A stretch of DNA of 64,000 bases from an uncultured beta proteobacterium (GTDB taxonomy: Bacteria > Pseudomonadota > Gammaproteobacteria > Burkholderiales > SG8-39), in assembly GCA_963754305.1 (NCBI GenBank), contig CAVWFR010000040.1, positions 220,584-284,583 of the forward strand. The letters are read 5' to 3'. Below are positions 27,325-37,197 of the stretch, piece after piece; positions within the stretch are counted from its first letter, which is position 1; each line of letters begins with the position of its first letter. Under the pieces are notes generated by a model. It saw only the letters and a list, made by a program, of their open reading frames with translations, did no database searches and was not told the origin of the DNA. The position numbers and the translations under genes were made by a program.

Positions 27325-30300
27325 TCATGCCTCGATGCGCCTCTCCTCGAAGAAGCGATACAGCGCCGGTACCACCAGCAGCGTCAGCGCGGTGGACGTG
27401 ATCAGGCCGCCGATCACCACGATCGCGAGCGGCCGCTGCACCTCCGAGCCCGGCCCGGTCGCGAACAGGAAGGGGATCAGGGCGAGCAATGCGACCGTGG
27501 CCGTCATCATCACCGGGCGAAACCGCAGCTTCGCCCCCTCCACGATCGCCTCGCGCGTGCCGAGGCCCTCGTCGCGCAGCTTCCGGATATATGACACCAG
27601 CACGACGCCGTTCAAGACCGCGATGCCCCATAGCGCGATGAACCCGACCGAGGCCGGCACCGACAGGTACTCGCCGGTGACCGCGAGCGCGATGACGCCG
27701 CCGATCGAGGCGAACGGCAGCACGGTGATGATCAGCGTCGCGAACCGCAGGCTGTTGAAGAGCAGGAAAAGCAGGAAGAAGATCGCCGCGATCGTGACCG
27801 GCACGATGATCATCAGGTGCCCGAGCGCGCGCTGCAGGTTCTCGAACTGCCCGCCCCAGTCGAGGTAGTAGCCCTCGGGCAGCTTCACCTGCGCCGCCAC
27901 CTTCTGTTGCAGCTCGGCGACGAAGCCGCCGAGATCGCGGCCCGTCACGTTGATGCCGACGACGATGCGCCGTTTGGCCGTCTCGCGGCTGATCTGCGCC
28001 GGGCCGTCCACCACCTCGATCTTCGCCAGGCTCTCGAGCGGCACGATCGCGCCCTGCGCGGAGGTGAGCGTGATGCGGCGGATCTCGGCCACGCTGTCGC
28101 GCAGGCTCTCGGGCAGCCGCACCACCGCGGCGAAGCGCCGCTCGCCCTCGTAGATCTCGGTCGCGCGCTTGCCGCCGACCGACGTCTCGATCGCGTCGTT
28201 GACGTCGGACGCGTTCAGTCCCACCCGCGCGATCGCCTGGCGGTCGATCGCGATGGTGAGGTACTGCTGGCCGGTGATCCGGTCGACGCGGAAATCGCCC
28301 ACCCCGCGGATGCCGGCCGCGATGCGCGCGATCTCGTCGGCCTTCTGCTTCAGGATCGCGAGATCGTCGCCGAAGATCTTCACCGCGATGTCGGCGCGTA
28401 CGCCGGTCACCATTTCGTCGATGCGGTCGGAGATCGGCTGCGCCATGACGATCTGCACGCCCGGGATCGCCTTGAGCTTCTCGCGGATCGCCGCGGCGAT
28501 GTCGTCCTGCGTCCAGCCGCTCGGCCACTCGCTCCGCGGCTTGAGGCTCACGATCGGGTCGGCCTCGTTGGGCCCGGCCGGGTCGGCCGGGCTCTCGCCG
28601 CGGCCGATCCGCGACACCGCCGATTTCACCCCGGGGACCTCGAGCACGAGCCGCATCGCCTCCTTCTCGAGCTCGATCGATTCCTCGAGCGAGATGTTCG
28701 GCACGCGGTCCATCGCCGGCGAGATCGAGCCCTCCTTCATCTCGGGGATGAACGCGGTGCCGAGAAAGGGGACGACGGCGAGCGTCGCGACGAAGAGCGC
28801 CACCGCGCCGCCGACGGTCTTCTTCTCGTTCGCAAGCGCCCAGTCGAGCAGGCGCAGGTAAGGCCGCTTGATCGTTCGGATCAGCCAGGTGTCGTGCTCG
28901 GCGCCGCCCTTGAGCATGAAGGAGGCGAGCGCGGGCGACAGCGTCAGCGAGATCGCCAGCGAGATCGCGAGCGCTATCGCGATCGTGTAGGCGAGCGGCG
29001 CGAACATCTTGCCTTCCATGCCCTGCAGGGTCATGAGCGGCAGGAACACGAGGATGATGATGCCGACGCCGAAGATCACCGGCGTGGCGACCTCGAGCAC
29101 CGCCTCCAGGATCACCCGCGCCCGCGACTCCCCGGGGCGTTCGCCCAGCTTGGAGAACGCGTGCTCGATCACCACCACCGAGCCGTCGACCATCAGGCCG
29201 ATCGCGATCGCCAGGCCGCCGAGCGACATCAGGTTTGCCGACAGACCGTAGCGGTTCATCACGACGAACGTGAGGAGCGGCGTCAGCACCAGCGTCGCGA
29301 CCACGATGACGCTCGAGCGCACGTCGCCGAGGAAGAGGAACAGCACCACGACCACGAGCGCCACGCCCTCGAGCAACACCTTGGTGACCGTCCAGAGCGC
29401 CTCGTCCACCAGCTCGGAGCGGTCGTAGTAGGGCGCGATCTTCAGCCCGCCGGGGAGCATGTTCCGGTCGTTGATCTCCTTGACTCTCGCCTTGACGCGG
29501 CCGACCACCTCCTTCGCGTTGCCGGCGCGGATCATCATCACGATCCCGCCGGCCGCCTCGGTGTACCCGTCCTTCACCATCGCGCCCGCGCGCACCTCTT
29601 CGCCCAGGGTGACCTCGGCGACGTCGCGGATGTACACCGGCGTGCTCCCGACCTCCTTCAGCACGATCGAGCGGATGTCGTCGAGGTCGCGGATCAGGCC
29701 GACCCCGCGCACCAGGTACTGCTCGGCGCGCTGAGGCAGCACGCCGCCGCCGGAGTTGGCGTTGTTGCGGGCAAGCGCCTGGTAGACGTCGCCGATGGAG
29801 ACCTTGTAGTAGCGGAGGCGGTTCGGGTCGACGAGCACCTGGTACTGCTTGACGAAGCCGCCGGTCGAATTGATCTCGGCGACACCGGGGATCGAGCGGA
29901 GGAGCGGGCGCACGACCCAGTCCTGCACCGTGCGGCGCTCGATCAGCTCGTCCTTGGTGAGCGCGCGCTTGCCGTCATCGGGGCGCTCGAGGATGTACTG
30001 GTAGACCTCGCCGAGCGCGGTCGATACCGGCCCCAGCACCGGGGTGACGCCGATCGGCAGGCTCGCTCCGACCTCGAGCAGCCGCTCCATCACGAGCTGG
30101 CGCGCGAAATAGACGTTGGTGGCATCGGTGAAGACGAGCGTGATCAGCGACAGACCGGGCTTGTTGAGCGAACGCAGCTCGGTCAGGCCCGGCAGCCCGG
30201 TCATCGCGATCTCGAGCGGCACGGTGACGAACCGCTCGACCTCCTCGGGCGAGCGGCCCGGCGCCTCGGTCGCGATCTGGACCTGGACGTTGGTGACGTC

Positions 30301-30420
30301 GGGGAATGCGTCGACCGAGAGGTTGCGCGCGGCCTGGATGCCGAACGCCAGCGCCGCCGCTGCGATCACGATCACGATCAGCCGCTGCTTGAGCGCGGCG
30401 CGGACCAGCCCCTCGAGCAC
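27325..30420 (-). CDS. czcA: CusA/CzcA-family heavy-metal efflux RND transporter
   Basis: Intact 1031-aa ORF with HME-RND features (FPDVTNVQVQI, LGGLAIAIGLMVDGSVVVIEH, 12 TM segments with large periplasmic loops). Confidence 0.95.
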   Translation of the reverse strand: MLEGLVRAALKQRLIVIVIAAAALAFGIQAARNLSVDAFPDVTNVQVQIATEAPGRSPEEVERFVTVPLEIAMTGLPGLTELRSLNKPGLSLITLVFTDATNVYFARQLVMERLLEVGASLPIGVTPVLGPVSTALGEVYQYILERPDDGKRALTKDELIERRTVQDWVVRPLLRSIPGVAEINSTGGFVKQYQVLVDPNRLRYYKVSIGDVYQALARNNANSGGGVLPQRAEQYLVRGVGLIRDLDDIRSIVLKEVGSTPVYIRDVAEVTLGEEVRAGAMVKDGYTEAAGGIVMMIRAGNAKEVVGRVKARVKEINDRNMLPGGLKIAPYYDRSELVDEALWTVTKVLLEGVALVVVVLFLFLGDVRSSVIVVATLVLTPLLTFVVMNRYGLSANLMSLGGLAIAIGLMVDGSVVVIEHAFSKLGERPGESRARVILEAVLEVATPVIFGVGIIILVFLPLMTLQGMEGKMFAPLAYTIAIALAISLAISLTLSPALASFMLKGGAEHDTWLIRTIKRPYLRLLDWALANEKKTVGGAVALFVATLAVVPFLGTAFIPEMKEGSISPAMDRVPNISLEESIELEKEAMRLVLEVPGVKSAVSRIGRGESPADPAGPNEADPIVSLKPRSEWPSGWTQDDIAAAIREKLKAIPGVQIVMAQPISDRIDEMVTGVRADIAVKIFGDDLAILKQKADEIARIAAGIRGVGDFRVDRITGQQYLTIAIDRQAIARVGLNASDVNDAIETSVGGKRATEIYEGERRFAAVVRLPESLRDSVAEIRRITLTSAQGAIVPLESLAKIEVVDGPAQISRETAKRRIVVGINVTGRDLGGFVAELQQKVAAQVKLPEGYYLDWGGQFENLQRALGHLMIIVPVTIAAIFFLLFLLFNSLRFATLIITVLPFASIGGVIALAVTGEYLSVPASVGFIALWGIAVLNGVVLVSYIRKLRDEGLGTREAIVEGAKLRFRPVMMTATVALLALIPFLFATGPGSEVQRPLAIVVIGGLITSTALTLLVVPALYRFFEERRIEA

Positions 30421-30423
30421 GCG

Positions 30424-31605
30424 TCAGTCCTTCCGCGGGGGCGTGCCCCCTTGTTCGCCTGCACCCTGCTGAAGCGCGCGCTGCCGCCGCTCGTTGTTGA
30501 GGTGGAAGGCGCCGTCGATGACGATCCTGTCCTCCGGCCGCAGGCCCGCGATCAGCACCCGCAGACCGTCGTAGTCATCGCCGAGCGTGACCTGACGCAG
30601 CACGAAGGTGTCGGGGGCGGCCTGCACGAACACGTAGTCGCGGTTCTCGTCGCGGACGATCGCCGCCGCCGGCACGACGCGCCGTTTCTGCGGCGGACCC
30701 TGGACGAGCACGGCGGCGAGCATCGCCGGCTTGTACTCGCGCTCCTGGTTGGGAACGTCCATGCGCACGCGTACCGTGCGCGTCTCGGGATTGACCGTGA
30801 CGCCCACGAACGCCAGCACGCCGCGGATGCGACGGTCGGGGATGGCGGGAATCTCGACCTCGACCGTCTGCCCCGCGCGCACCGTGCCGGCGAGCGCCTC
30901 GGGGACGTCGGCGCTGACCCACACTTCGGACAGGTCGGCGATGATGTACACGGTGTCGGCGGGTTGCACGACCTGGCCGGGGCTCACTTTCCGGTCGATC
31001 ACCGTCCCGGCGATGCTCGAGACGATGTGCGATGTCGAGTCGACCCGGCGCGTCTCGGAGAGCCGCGCGATCGCGCGCGGCGACATGCCGAGCACCTTGA
31101 GGCGATCGCTTCCGGCGTTCAGGTCGGCGTCGGCCTGGATCGCCTCGGCCTGGCGCCGCTGCAGCTCCGCCGCACCGATCACGTCGGCGTCGAGGAGCTG
31201 CTGCGCGCGGGCCGCGGCGCGATCGGCGACGCGCTTCTGCGACAGCGCCTTGAGGAACTCGAGCTGGGTGTTCGACAGCTCGGTGCTCGTGAGCGTGGCG
31301 AGGATCTGGCCGCGAGCGACGTTGTCGCCTTCCCGGACCTCGAGCTCGCTCACGCGGCCGGTCACCGGCGAGCCGACGCGCGCAACTCGGGTCTCGTTCA
31401 CCTCGATTCTTCCCGGCACCCGCAGCGTCTCGCGGACCTCCGCTTCGCGCGCTTCGCCGAGCTTCAGCCGCTGCATGAGCGCCGGTCCGGCGGTGATCGC
31501 GAACGGATCCTTCTGTCCGCCGGTCGCCGCCGGCGTTGGCTTCTCGCCGCACGCGGCCGCGAGCGCCGCAAAGAGGAGCACCGCGCCATGCAGCGGCGGC
31601 GCCAT
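30424..31605 (-). CDS. czcB: efflux RND periplasmic adaptor (membrane fusion protein)
   Basis: ATG at 31605 (MAPPLHGAVLLFAALAAACGE, lipobox) inside composite ORF 30424..32979. It overlaps the czcC stop (TAATG). Lipoyl/beta-barrel MFP blocks are present (VGSPVTGRVSEL, GQILATL). Confidence 0.9.
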   Translation of the reverse strand: MAPPLHGAVLLFAALAAACGEKPTPAATGGQKDPFAITAGPALMQRLKLGEAREAEVRETLRVPGRIEVNETRVARVGSPVTGRVSELEVREGDNVARGQILATLTSTELSNTQLEFLKALSQKRVADRAAARAQQLLDADVIGAAELQRRQAEAIQADADLNAGSDRLKVLGMSPRAIARLSETRRVDSTSHIVSSIAGTVIDRKVSPGQVVQPADTVYIIADLSEVWVSADVPEALAGTVRAGQTVEVEIPAIPDRRIRGVLAFVGVTVNPETRTVRVRMDVPNQEREYKPAMLAAVLVQGPPQKRRVVPAAAIVRDENRDYVFVQAAPDTFVLRQVTLGDDYDGLRVLIAGLRPEDRIVIDGAFHLNNERRQRALQQGAGEQGGTPPRKD

Positions 31606-32888
31606 TACTTCTTCTCCTGGTAGTCGAGGGCGCGTAGCTGCTCGATCTCGATCAGCGCCGCGCGCTGGTCGAAGCGCGCGGCAAGCGCCTCGAAGCGCGC
31701 CGAGCGCAGCACCCGCTGCGCGTCGAGCACCTCGAGGAAGCCGCGCTCGCCGAACCGGTAGGCGGCCTCGGCTACCCGCAACGCCGCTTCTGCCTGCTTC
31801 AGGATGCCGCCCTCGTAGGCGGCCAGCGTCTGCGTCGCCACCTGGAAGCGGCCGTACGCATCGTCGAGCGCGGCGACCAGCTCGACGCGCCGGCGCTCGA
31901 CGTTGGCGTTCGCCTCCTGGAAGGCCGCCACCGCTTCGCCGATCTGCCCTTGGCGCTGGTCCCACACCGGGATCGGGATGCCGATACCGAGCACCCACTT
32001 GTTGGTGTCGGGCTGCTGCTCGAAGCCGGCGCGCACCGACGGCTGCGGCACGCGGAGCGCGCGTTCGGTCTCGAGCCGCGCCTCCGCGCGCTTCGCTTCG
32101 GCGCGCGCCTGCGCGAGTGCGGGGTAGTACGCCAGCACTTCGTCGCGGAGCGGCGCGAGCTCGGGCAGCGGCGGCGCGGCCGCGAGCTCGCCGACCACCT
32201 CGGTATCGGGGGCGAGCGGCGCACCGATCACCGCGCGCAGGGCGGCGAGCGCCTGCGTGACCCGCAGCCGCGCGGAGGCGGCGCCGTTGGCCGCGACCGC
32301 GGCCTCGGCGTCGGCGCGCGTGAGCTCGAGCTTCGCCGCCTCGCCGACGTCGACGCGCACCGCGATACGACGCCGGATGTCCTCGAGCACTTTCTGGTTC
32401 TCCGCGGCGACCTCGGCCTCCGCCTTCCGCCGCAGCACGTCGTAGAACGCCTGTCTGACCGCGGCGCGCACGGCGAGCCGCAGCTCGGCGAGCGCGAACT
32501 GGCTGCCCTCGAGTCCGGCCTCGGCGGCACGGATGCGCGGGTCGCGCACCGACGGCAGGTCGAGCTGCTGCCTCAAGCCGAGCACGGCGACCGAGCCTTC
32601 GGGCGCCATGAAGCTCGAGCGGCTGCGCTGCCGCCCGGCGGCGGCGTCGAGGTCGGGATTGGGGTAGGCGCGCGCGGTGCGGATCCCGGCGCGCGCGCCC
32701 TCGGTCTGCGCCGCCGCGGCGCGGAGCCGCGGGTTCGATTCGTCGGCGAGCGCGAGCGCGCGCTCGAGCGTGAGCGTTTCGGCCGCGTGCGTCGGCGCGA
32801 GCGCCGCGAGAACGACAACGACCGCTCGAACGACTTCTCGAACGACCATACGGAAGGCGACCGCGCGCGCGGAGATCGTCAGGCCCAT
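31605..32888 (-). CDS. czcC: TolC-family outer-membrane efflux protein (CzcC-like)
   Basis: ATG at 32888 within ORF 31605..33398. Signal peptide ...VVVLAALAPTHAAETLTLERALALA, then two OEP repeats. Confidence 0.85.
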   Translation of the reverse strand: MGLTISARAVAFRMVVREVVRAVVVVLAALAPTHAAETLTLERALALADESNPRLRAAAAQTEGARAGIRTARAYPNPDLDAAAGRQRSRSSFMAPEGSVAVLGLRQQLDLPSVRDPRIRAAEAGLEGSQFALAELRLAVRAAVRQAFYDVLRRKAEAEVAAENQKVLEDIRRRIAVRVDVGEAAKLELTRADAEAAVAANGAASARLRVTQALAALRAVIGAPLAPDTEVVGELAAAPPLPELAPLRDEVLAYYPALAQARAEAKRAEARLETERALRVPQPSVRAGFEQQPDTNKWVLGIGIPIPVWDQRQGQIGEAVAAFQEANANVERRRVELVAALDDAYGRFQVATQTLAAYEGGILKQAEAALRVAEAAYRFGERGFLEVLDAQRVLRSARFEALAARFDQRAALIEIEQLRALDYQEKK

Positions 32889-33085
32889 GGATGCGTACTC
32901 CCTCTGGAAGAATGCGGGCCGCAGCCCGCACGCGGCTTCCCGGAGTGTGCAGACGCGCGCGCCGGCGGCGATCCTGCACACGTTGCCTCGTTTTGGTGCC
33001 GGGCGCGCGGCGGAGGCGTGATACCGCCGCTTCCGACAGCGCGGCGCGGACGCGAGTTCCGTCCGCGTGGAATTGTAATCGTGCG

Positions 33086-33691
33086 CTACTTGGGCCGCGT
33101 TTCGCCGGGCGCGCGCACGGTCCAGAGGTGGATGACGTGCCGCTCGCCGTTCACCGTCATCTCCTCGGTATGGTCGGGCGGCCAATCGCCGATGCCGTAC
33201 TCGTGCGAGACGATCCGCGCACCGGGCTTCAGTTCCGCGGCGAGCTGTGGCGCGAGGCGGCGGTTCATCCACGGCAGGAGATACAGCGTGACGACGGTCG
33301 CGTCGCGGAGATCCGTCGCGAAGAGATCGCCGACGCGGAAGCTCACCATGTCGGACACGCCCAGGGTCGCCGCGTGGCGGTGGGCATCGCGCACCCACAC
33401 CGGGTTCAGCTCGATGCCGACGCCGCGTGCACCATGGCGTTGCGCGGCGGTGATCACGACGCGGCCGTCACCCGAGCCGAGATCGTAGACGACGTCGTTC
33501 GGGGTCACTTTCGCGAGCTCGAGCATGCGCTCGACCACCGGGATCGGCGTCGGGACGAACGGCGCGTCGGGCGCCTTGTCCTGCGCGAGTGCGGAGGCGA
33601 GCGACAGTGCCCCCAGCGCCACCAGCGCGGTCGCCGGTGCGCTCCCGCACCATCGGTGCAGGACGCGCTCAGAACTCGATCGGATCGACAT
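33086..33691 (-). CDS. class I SAM-dependent methyltransferase with N-terminal signal-like segment
   Basis: 201 aa. SAM motif VVYDLGSGDGRVVI. The N-terminus has the hydrophobic run ATALVALGALSLASALAQD. The start overlaps the priA 3' end by 23 nt, so an internal start is possible. Confidence 0.8.
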   Translation of the reverse strand: MSIRSSSERVLHRWCGSAPATALVALGALSLASALAQDKAPDAPFVPTPIPVVERMLELAKVTPNDVVYDLGSGDGRVVITAAQRHGARGVGIELNPVWVRDAHRHAATLGVSDMVSFRVGDLFATDLRDATVVTLYLLPWMNRRLAPQLAAELKPGARIVSHEYGIGDWPPDHTEEMTVNGERHVIHLWTVRAPGETRPK

Positions 33692-35822
33692 CGAGGTGCC
33701 AGCGTACCTTGCCGGGCTTGAGCGCGTAAAGCGTTTGCGACCACGCGGCGAGAAAGGCCTGCAGCGCGCGCCGCGAGCGCGACTGCACCAGCACCTGCGC
33801 GCGCTCGCGGCCGGCGAGGCGGGCGAGGCTCATCGGCACCGGGTCGTACAGGACGAGGCCCTCGTCCGCGGCCGGCGCGGCTTCGACCGCACGCCGGAGG
33901 AACGCGATCGCCTCGCGCAACGCATCGCTCTCCGCCCGCACGACTGCCTCGTGCACGAAGGGCGGAAAGCCGGCGGCGCGCCGCTCGGCGGCGAGCGCCT
34001 CCGCAAACGGCGCGAACTCGTGGCGTACCAGCGCCTGGTAAAGCGGATGGTGCGGAAAGCGCGTCTGCACCAGGACCTCACCCGGCGCCTCGGCCCGCCC
34101 CGCCCGGCCGGCGACCTGGTAGAGCTGCGCGAAGAGCCGCTCGGGCGCGCGGTAGTCGGCAGCGACCAGCGAAGCGTCCGCGCCCAGCACGCCGACCAGC
34201 GTGACTCTCGGGAAGTCGTGCCCCTTGGCGAGGATCTGGGTGCCGACGAGGATGTCGGCGTCGCCCGCGACGATCGCGCCGCGCATCGCCTCCCAGCGGC
34301 CCTTGGCGCGCGTCGAGTCGCGGTCGATGCGGAGCACCCGCGCACCGGGAAAGCGTGCGGCCAGGGTTTCCTCGATCCGCTGCGTGCCGCGGCCGAACGG
34401 CGCGAGGTCGACGTTGCCGCAGGTCGGGCAGTGGCGCGGGATCGCCGTCTCGAGCCCGCAGTGATGGCACCGCAGGCGCCGATCGGCGGTGTGGAGCACG
34501 AGATGCGCGCTGCAGCGCGTGCAGCCGCCGGTCCAGCCGCAGGCCCCGCACACGAGCACCGGTGCATAGCCCCTCCGGTTGAGGAACACGAGCGACTGCT
34601 CGCCGCGCTCGAGACGCGCGGCGAGCGCCTCGGCGAGTGCGGCGGAGAGACCGTCGACGGCGCGATCGACGCCCGCATCGACGAGCCGCACCGTGGGCAG
34701 CCGGCTTCCGGGGCGGGCTCGCTCCGCGAGCTCCAGCAGGCGGTAGCGTCCGGACCGCGCGTGCGTCCAGCTCTCGAGCGACGGCGTCGCCGAGCCGAGG
34801 ATCGCCGGCACCCCGGCCGCGTGGGCACGGTACACCGCGAGATCGCGCGCCGAGTAGCGCACGCCGTCCTGCTGCTTGAACGACGTGTCGTGCTCTTCGT
34901 CGACGACGACGAGCCCTAGCGCGGGCAGCGGCGCGAACACCGCGAGCCGCGTGCCGAGCACGATGTCGGCCGCACCGGATTGCGCGGCGAGCCACGCCTC
35001 GGCGCGCTCATTGGCGGCGACCGCGCTGGTGAGCGTGACGACTCGCGCACCCGGGAAGCGCCGTGCGAACGCCTCGGCGAGCTGGGGCGTCAGGTTGATC
35101 TCGGGCACCAGCACCAGTGCCTGACGGGCGCGCTCGATCGCGCGGGCGACACATGCGAGGTACACCTCGGTCTTGCCGCTGCCGGTCACGCCTGCGAGCA
35201 GGAACGCTTGGTACCGGTCGAGCGTCACCGTGATCGCCGCCACCGCCGCGGCTTGCGCGGGCGTGAGCACATGCTCCGCGACGAAACCCGGCGGTGCGCG
35301 CGCCGGCTCCGACGGCGCGACGAGCCCATCGCGCACCAGGGCGCGGAGAACGGTGAGCGGCGTGAGCGCGGACGCCGGCTGCACGCCCGCGGCGAGCTGC
35401 TCGAGCAGGGCGCGCCGCGCCTTCGCGCGCGCCGGAACCGTCGCCGCCGCGGCGCGGCCGGCCGCGGTAAGCGCATACGCCGCGGGCGCGAGAATCAGGG
35501 GCTGCGGGCGGCGGAACCGCGGGGGCAGCGCGGCGTGGATCACTTCGCCGAGCGGGCGCTGGTAGTACTCGGCGGCGAACTGCGCAAGCGCAAGCCAGTC
35601 GCGCGCGAGCGGCGGCATGTCGTCCAACATCGCGCCAGCGTCGCGGAGCTTCTCGGGGGGAAGGTCCGAGCGATCGACGACGGCGACGATCACGCCGACG
35701 AGTGTGCGATTGCCGAACGGCACCGCGACCCGCCGTCCGATGTCGCCTGGACCCGCGTCGACCGCCGCGTAGTCGAACAGTCGCGGCAGCGGCACATCGA
35801 GCGCAACGCGCAGGATCGTCAT
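33669..35822 (-). CDS. priA: primosomal replication-restart helicase PriA
   Basis: 717 aa. Walker A GVTGSGKTEVY, DEEH box and a Cys-rich zinc region (CGACGWTGGCTRCSAHLVLH...CHHCG...CPTCG). Confidence 0.95.
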   Translation of the reverse strand: MTILRVALDVPLPRLFDYAAVDAGPGDIGRRVAVPFGNRTLVGVIVAVVDRSDLPPEKLRDAGAMLDDMPPLARDWLALAQFAAEYYQRPLGEVIHAALPPRFRRPQPLILAPAAYALTAAGRAAAATVPARAKARRALLEQLAAGVQPASALTPLTVLRALVRDGLVAPSEPARAPPGFVAEHVLTPAQAAAVAAITVTLDRYQAFLLAGVTGSGKTEVYLACVARAIERARQALVLVPEINLTPQLAEAFARRFPGARVVTLTSAVAANERAEAWLAAQSGAADIVLGTRLAVFAPLPALGLVVVDEEHDTSFKQQDGVRYSARDLAVYRAHAAGVPAILGSATPSLESWTHARSGRYRLLELAERARPGSRLPTVRLVDAGVDRAVDGLSAALAEALAARLERGEQSLVFLNRRGYAPVLVCGACGWTGGCTRCSAHLVLHTADRRLRCHHCGLETAIPRHCPTCGNVDLAPFGRGTQRIEETLAARFPGARVLRIDRDSTRAKGRWEAMRGAIVAGDADILVGTQILAKGHDFPRVTLVGVLGADASLVAADYRAPERLFAQLYQVAGRAGRAEAPGEVLVQTRFPHHPLYQALVRHEFAPFAEALAAERRAAGFPPFVHEAVVRAESDALREAIAFLRRAVEAAPAADEGLVLYDPVPMSLARLAGRERAQVLVQSRSRRALQAFLAAWSQTLYALKPGKVRWHLDVDPIEF

Positions 35823-35910
35823 CGCGCCGCGTCAAACGCTAAAGCTGTATCGAGCAAAACCCGGCTCAACCGCTTGACGACATTGGCAAATCGGCGTTGA
35901 GCACCGGCGC

Positions 35911-35931
35911 TGTGGATAAAGTTGTGGGTAA
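35911..35931. promoter_or_regulatory. two tandem DnaA boxes (TGTGGATAA, TGTGGGTAA)
   Basis: 35911-35919 is the exact complement of TTATCCACA. 35923-35931 is the complement of TTACCCACA (1 mismatch). Both lie about 90-110 nt upstream of the priA start on its strand. Confidence 0.5.
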
Positions 35932-36033
35932 CGCTTTAACCTGGCTGTAACCGTACTCTTCCGGCGCGGAAAATGCCCCGGGGAGCGCACCCGGGCCGAC
36001 TCGGCTTTCGGTTTTGGATCAGTGGTTTGCGTG

Positions 36034-36042
36034 CTATCCACA
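36034..36042. promoter_or_regulatory. third DnaA-box-like site (CTATCCACA), opposite orientation
   Basis: One mismatch to TTATCCACA. It lies in the same 300-bp priA-hemE intergenic region. Confidence 0.4.
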
Positions 36043-36130
36043 GGGGAGGCGCCACAACGGGGGCAGGCTCACCCGGGGATTTGGGGTTTGTGCATAAGTC
36101 AAGCCCCTTCGCACTCTCGTCGCGAGTGGG

Positions 36131-37189
36131 CTAGTTCACTCGGCTCGCGCGATGGACCGCCTCGACCAGCACGGCGACAAGCTCCGGGGGCGTCGCCGGC
36201 ACGATCCCGTGGCCGAGATTGAAGACGTGGCCGCCGCCGGGGCCGAAGTCCGCCACGGTACGCTCCGCCTCGCGCCGTACCGACGCCGCATCGGAGAGCA
36301 GCACGAGTGGATCGAGGTTGCCCTGCAGCGCCACCCGGTGGCCGATTCTCCGGCGCGCATCGGCGAGGCTCACGGTCCAGTCGACGCCCACCGCGTCGCA
36401 GCCGCACCCGGCGATCGCCTCCAGCCACGGCCCGCCGCCCTTGGTGAACACGATGTTCGGCACGCGCTCGCCGTCGTGCTCGCGCAGGAGCGCGGCCACC
36501 ACGCGCGCGATGTACGCAAGCGAGAACTCGAGGTAGGCGGCGTGAGCGAGCGCTCCGCCCCAAGTGTCGAACACCATCACCGCCTGGGCGCCGGCTTCGA
36601 TCTGAGCGTTGAGGTACGCCGCGACCGCGCGGGCGTTCACGTCGAGGATCCGATGCAGCAGGTCCGGCCGCTGATACAGCATCGTCTTCACCGTGCGGAA
36701 ATCCGCCGAGCCACCGCCCTCGATCATGTAGCAGGCGAGCGTGAACGGGCTTCCGGCGAACCCGATGAGCGGCACCCGCCCGGCGAGCGCACGGCGGATC
36801 TCGGCGACGGCGTCGACGACGTAGCGCAGCTCGCCGTGCGGATCGGGGACCGGGAGCCGCGCGATCGCGCGCTCGTCGCGCACCGGCCGCTCGAAGCGCG
36901 GACCCTCGCCCTCGCCGAACCGGAGACCCAGCCCCATCGCGTCGGGGATCGTCAGGATGTCGGAGAAGAGGATCGCCGCGTCGAGTGGGAAACGCGCGAG
37001 CGGCTGCAGCGTCACCTCGGCCGCGAGCGACGGCGTCTTGCAGAGCGTGAGGAAGTCGCCGGCGCGGGCGCGCGTCGCGTTGTACTCGGGCAGGTAGCGC
37101 CCGGCCTGGCGCATCAGCCAGACCGGTGTGTACGGCGTGGGCTGGCGGAGAAGCGCCCTGATCAGCGTGTCGTTCTCGAGCGTCGCCAT
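36131..37189 (-). CDS. hemE: uroporphyrinogen decarboxylase
   Basis: ATG at 37189 ([37 protein letters not shown]...) inside ORF 36131..37705. Canonical HemE N-terminal motif. Confidence 0.95.
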   Translation of the reverse strand: MATLENDTLIRALLRQPTPYTPVWLMRQAGRYLPEYNATRARAGDFLTLCKTPSLAAEVTLQPLARFPLDAAILFSDILTIPDAMGLGLRFGEGEGPRFERPVRDERAIARLPVPDPHGELRYVVDAVAEIRRALAGRVPLIGFAGSPFTLACYMIEGGGSADFRTVKTMLYQRPDLLHRILDVNARAVAAYLNAQIEAGAQAVMVFDTWGGALAHAAYLEFSLAYIARVVAALLREHDGERVPNIVFTKGGGPWLEAIAGCGCDAVGVDWTVSLADARRRIGHRVALQGNLDPLVLLSDAASVRREAERTVADFGPGGGHVFNLGHGIVPATPPELVAVLVEAVHRASRVN

Positions 37190-37197
37190 CGGCGAAC

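Noticed and set aside
27817-31623. 1268-aa ORF on the plus strand, the largest in the window
   Set aside because: It is antisense to czcA/czcB. It is extremely Arg/Asp/His/Ala/Gly-rich with no motifs, which is a typical long shadow ORF of a ~70% GC genome.
30424-32979. 851-aa ORF that looks like a CzcC-CzcB fusion
   Set aside because: Only the C-terminal 393 aa (from ATG 31605, lipobox) are protein-like. The upstream part is an out-of-frame read-through of czcC, whose real frame is ORF 31605..33398.
33525-34919. 464-aa plus-strand ORF inside priA
   Set aside because: It is antisense to the well-supported priA gene and has no motifs.
35830-36130. Possible chromosomal replication origin (DnaA boxes next to hemE)
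   Set aside because: There is no AT-rich unwinding element, only three boxes, and no dnaA/dnaN/gidA/parAB context. It is reported only as a DnaA-box cluster.
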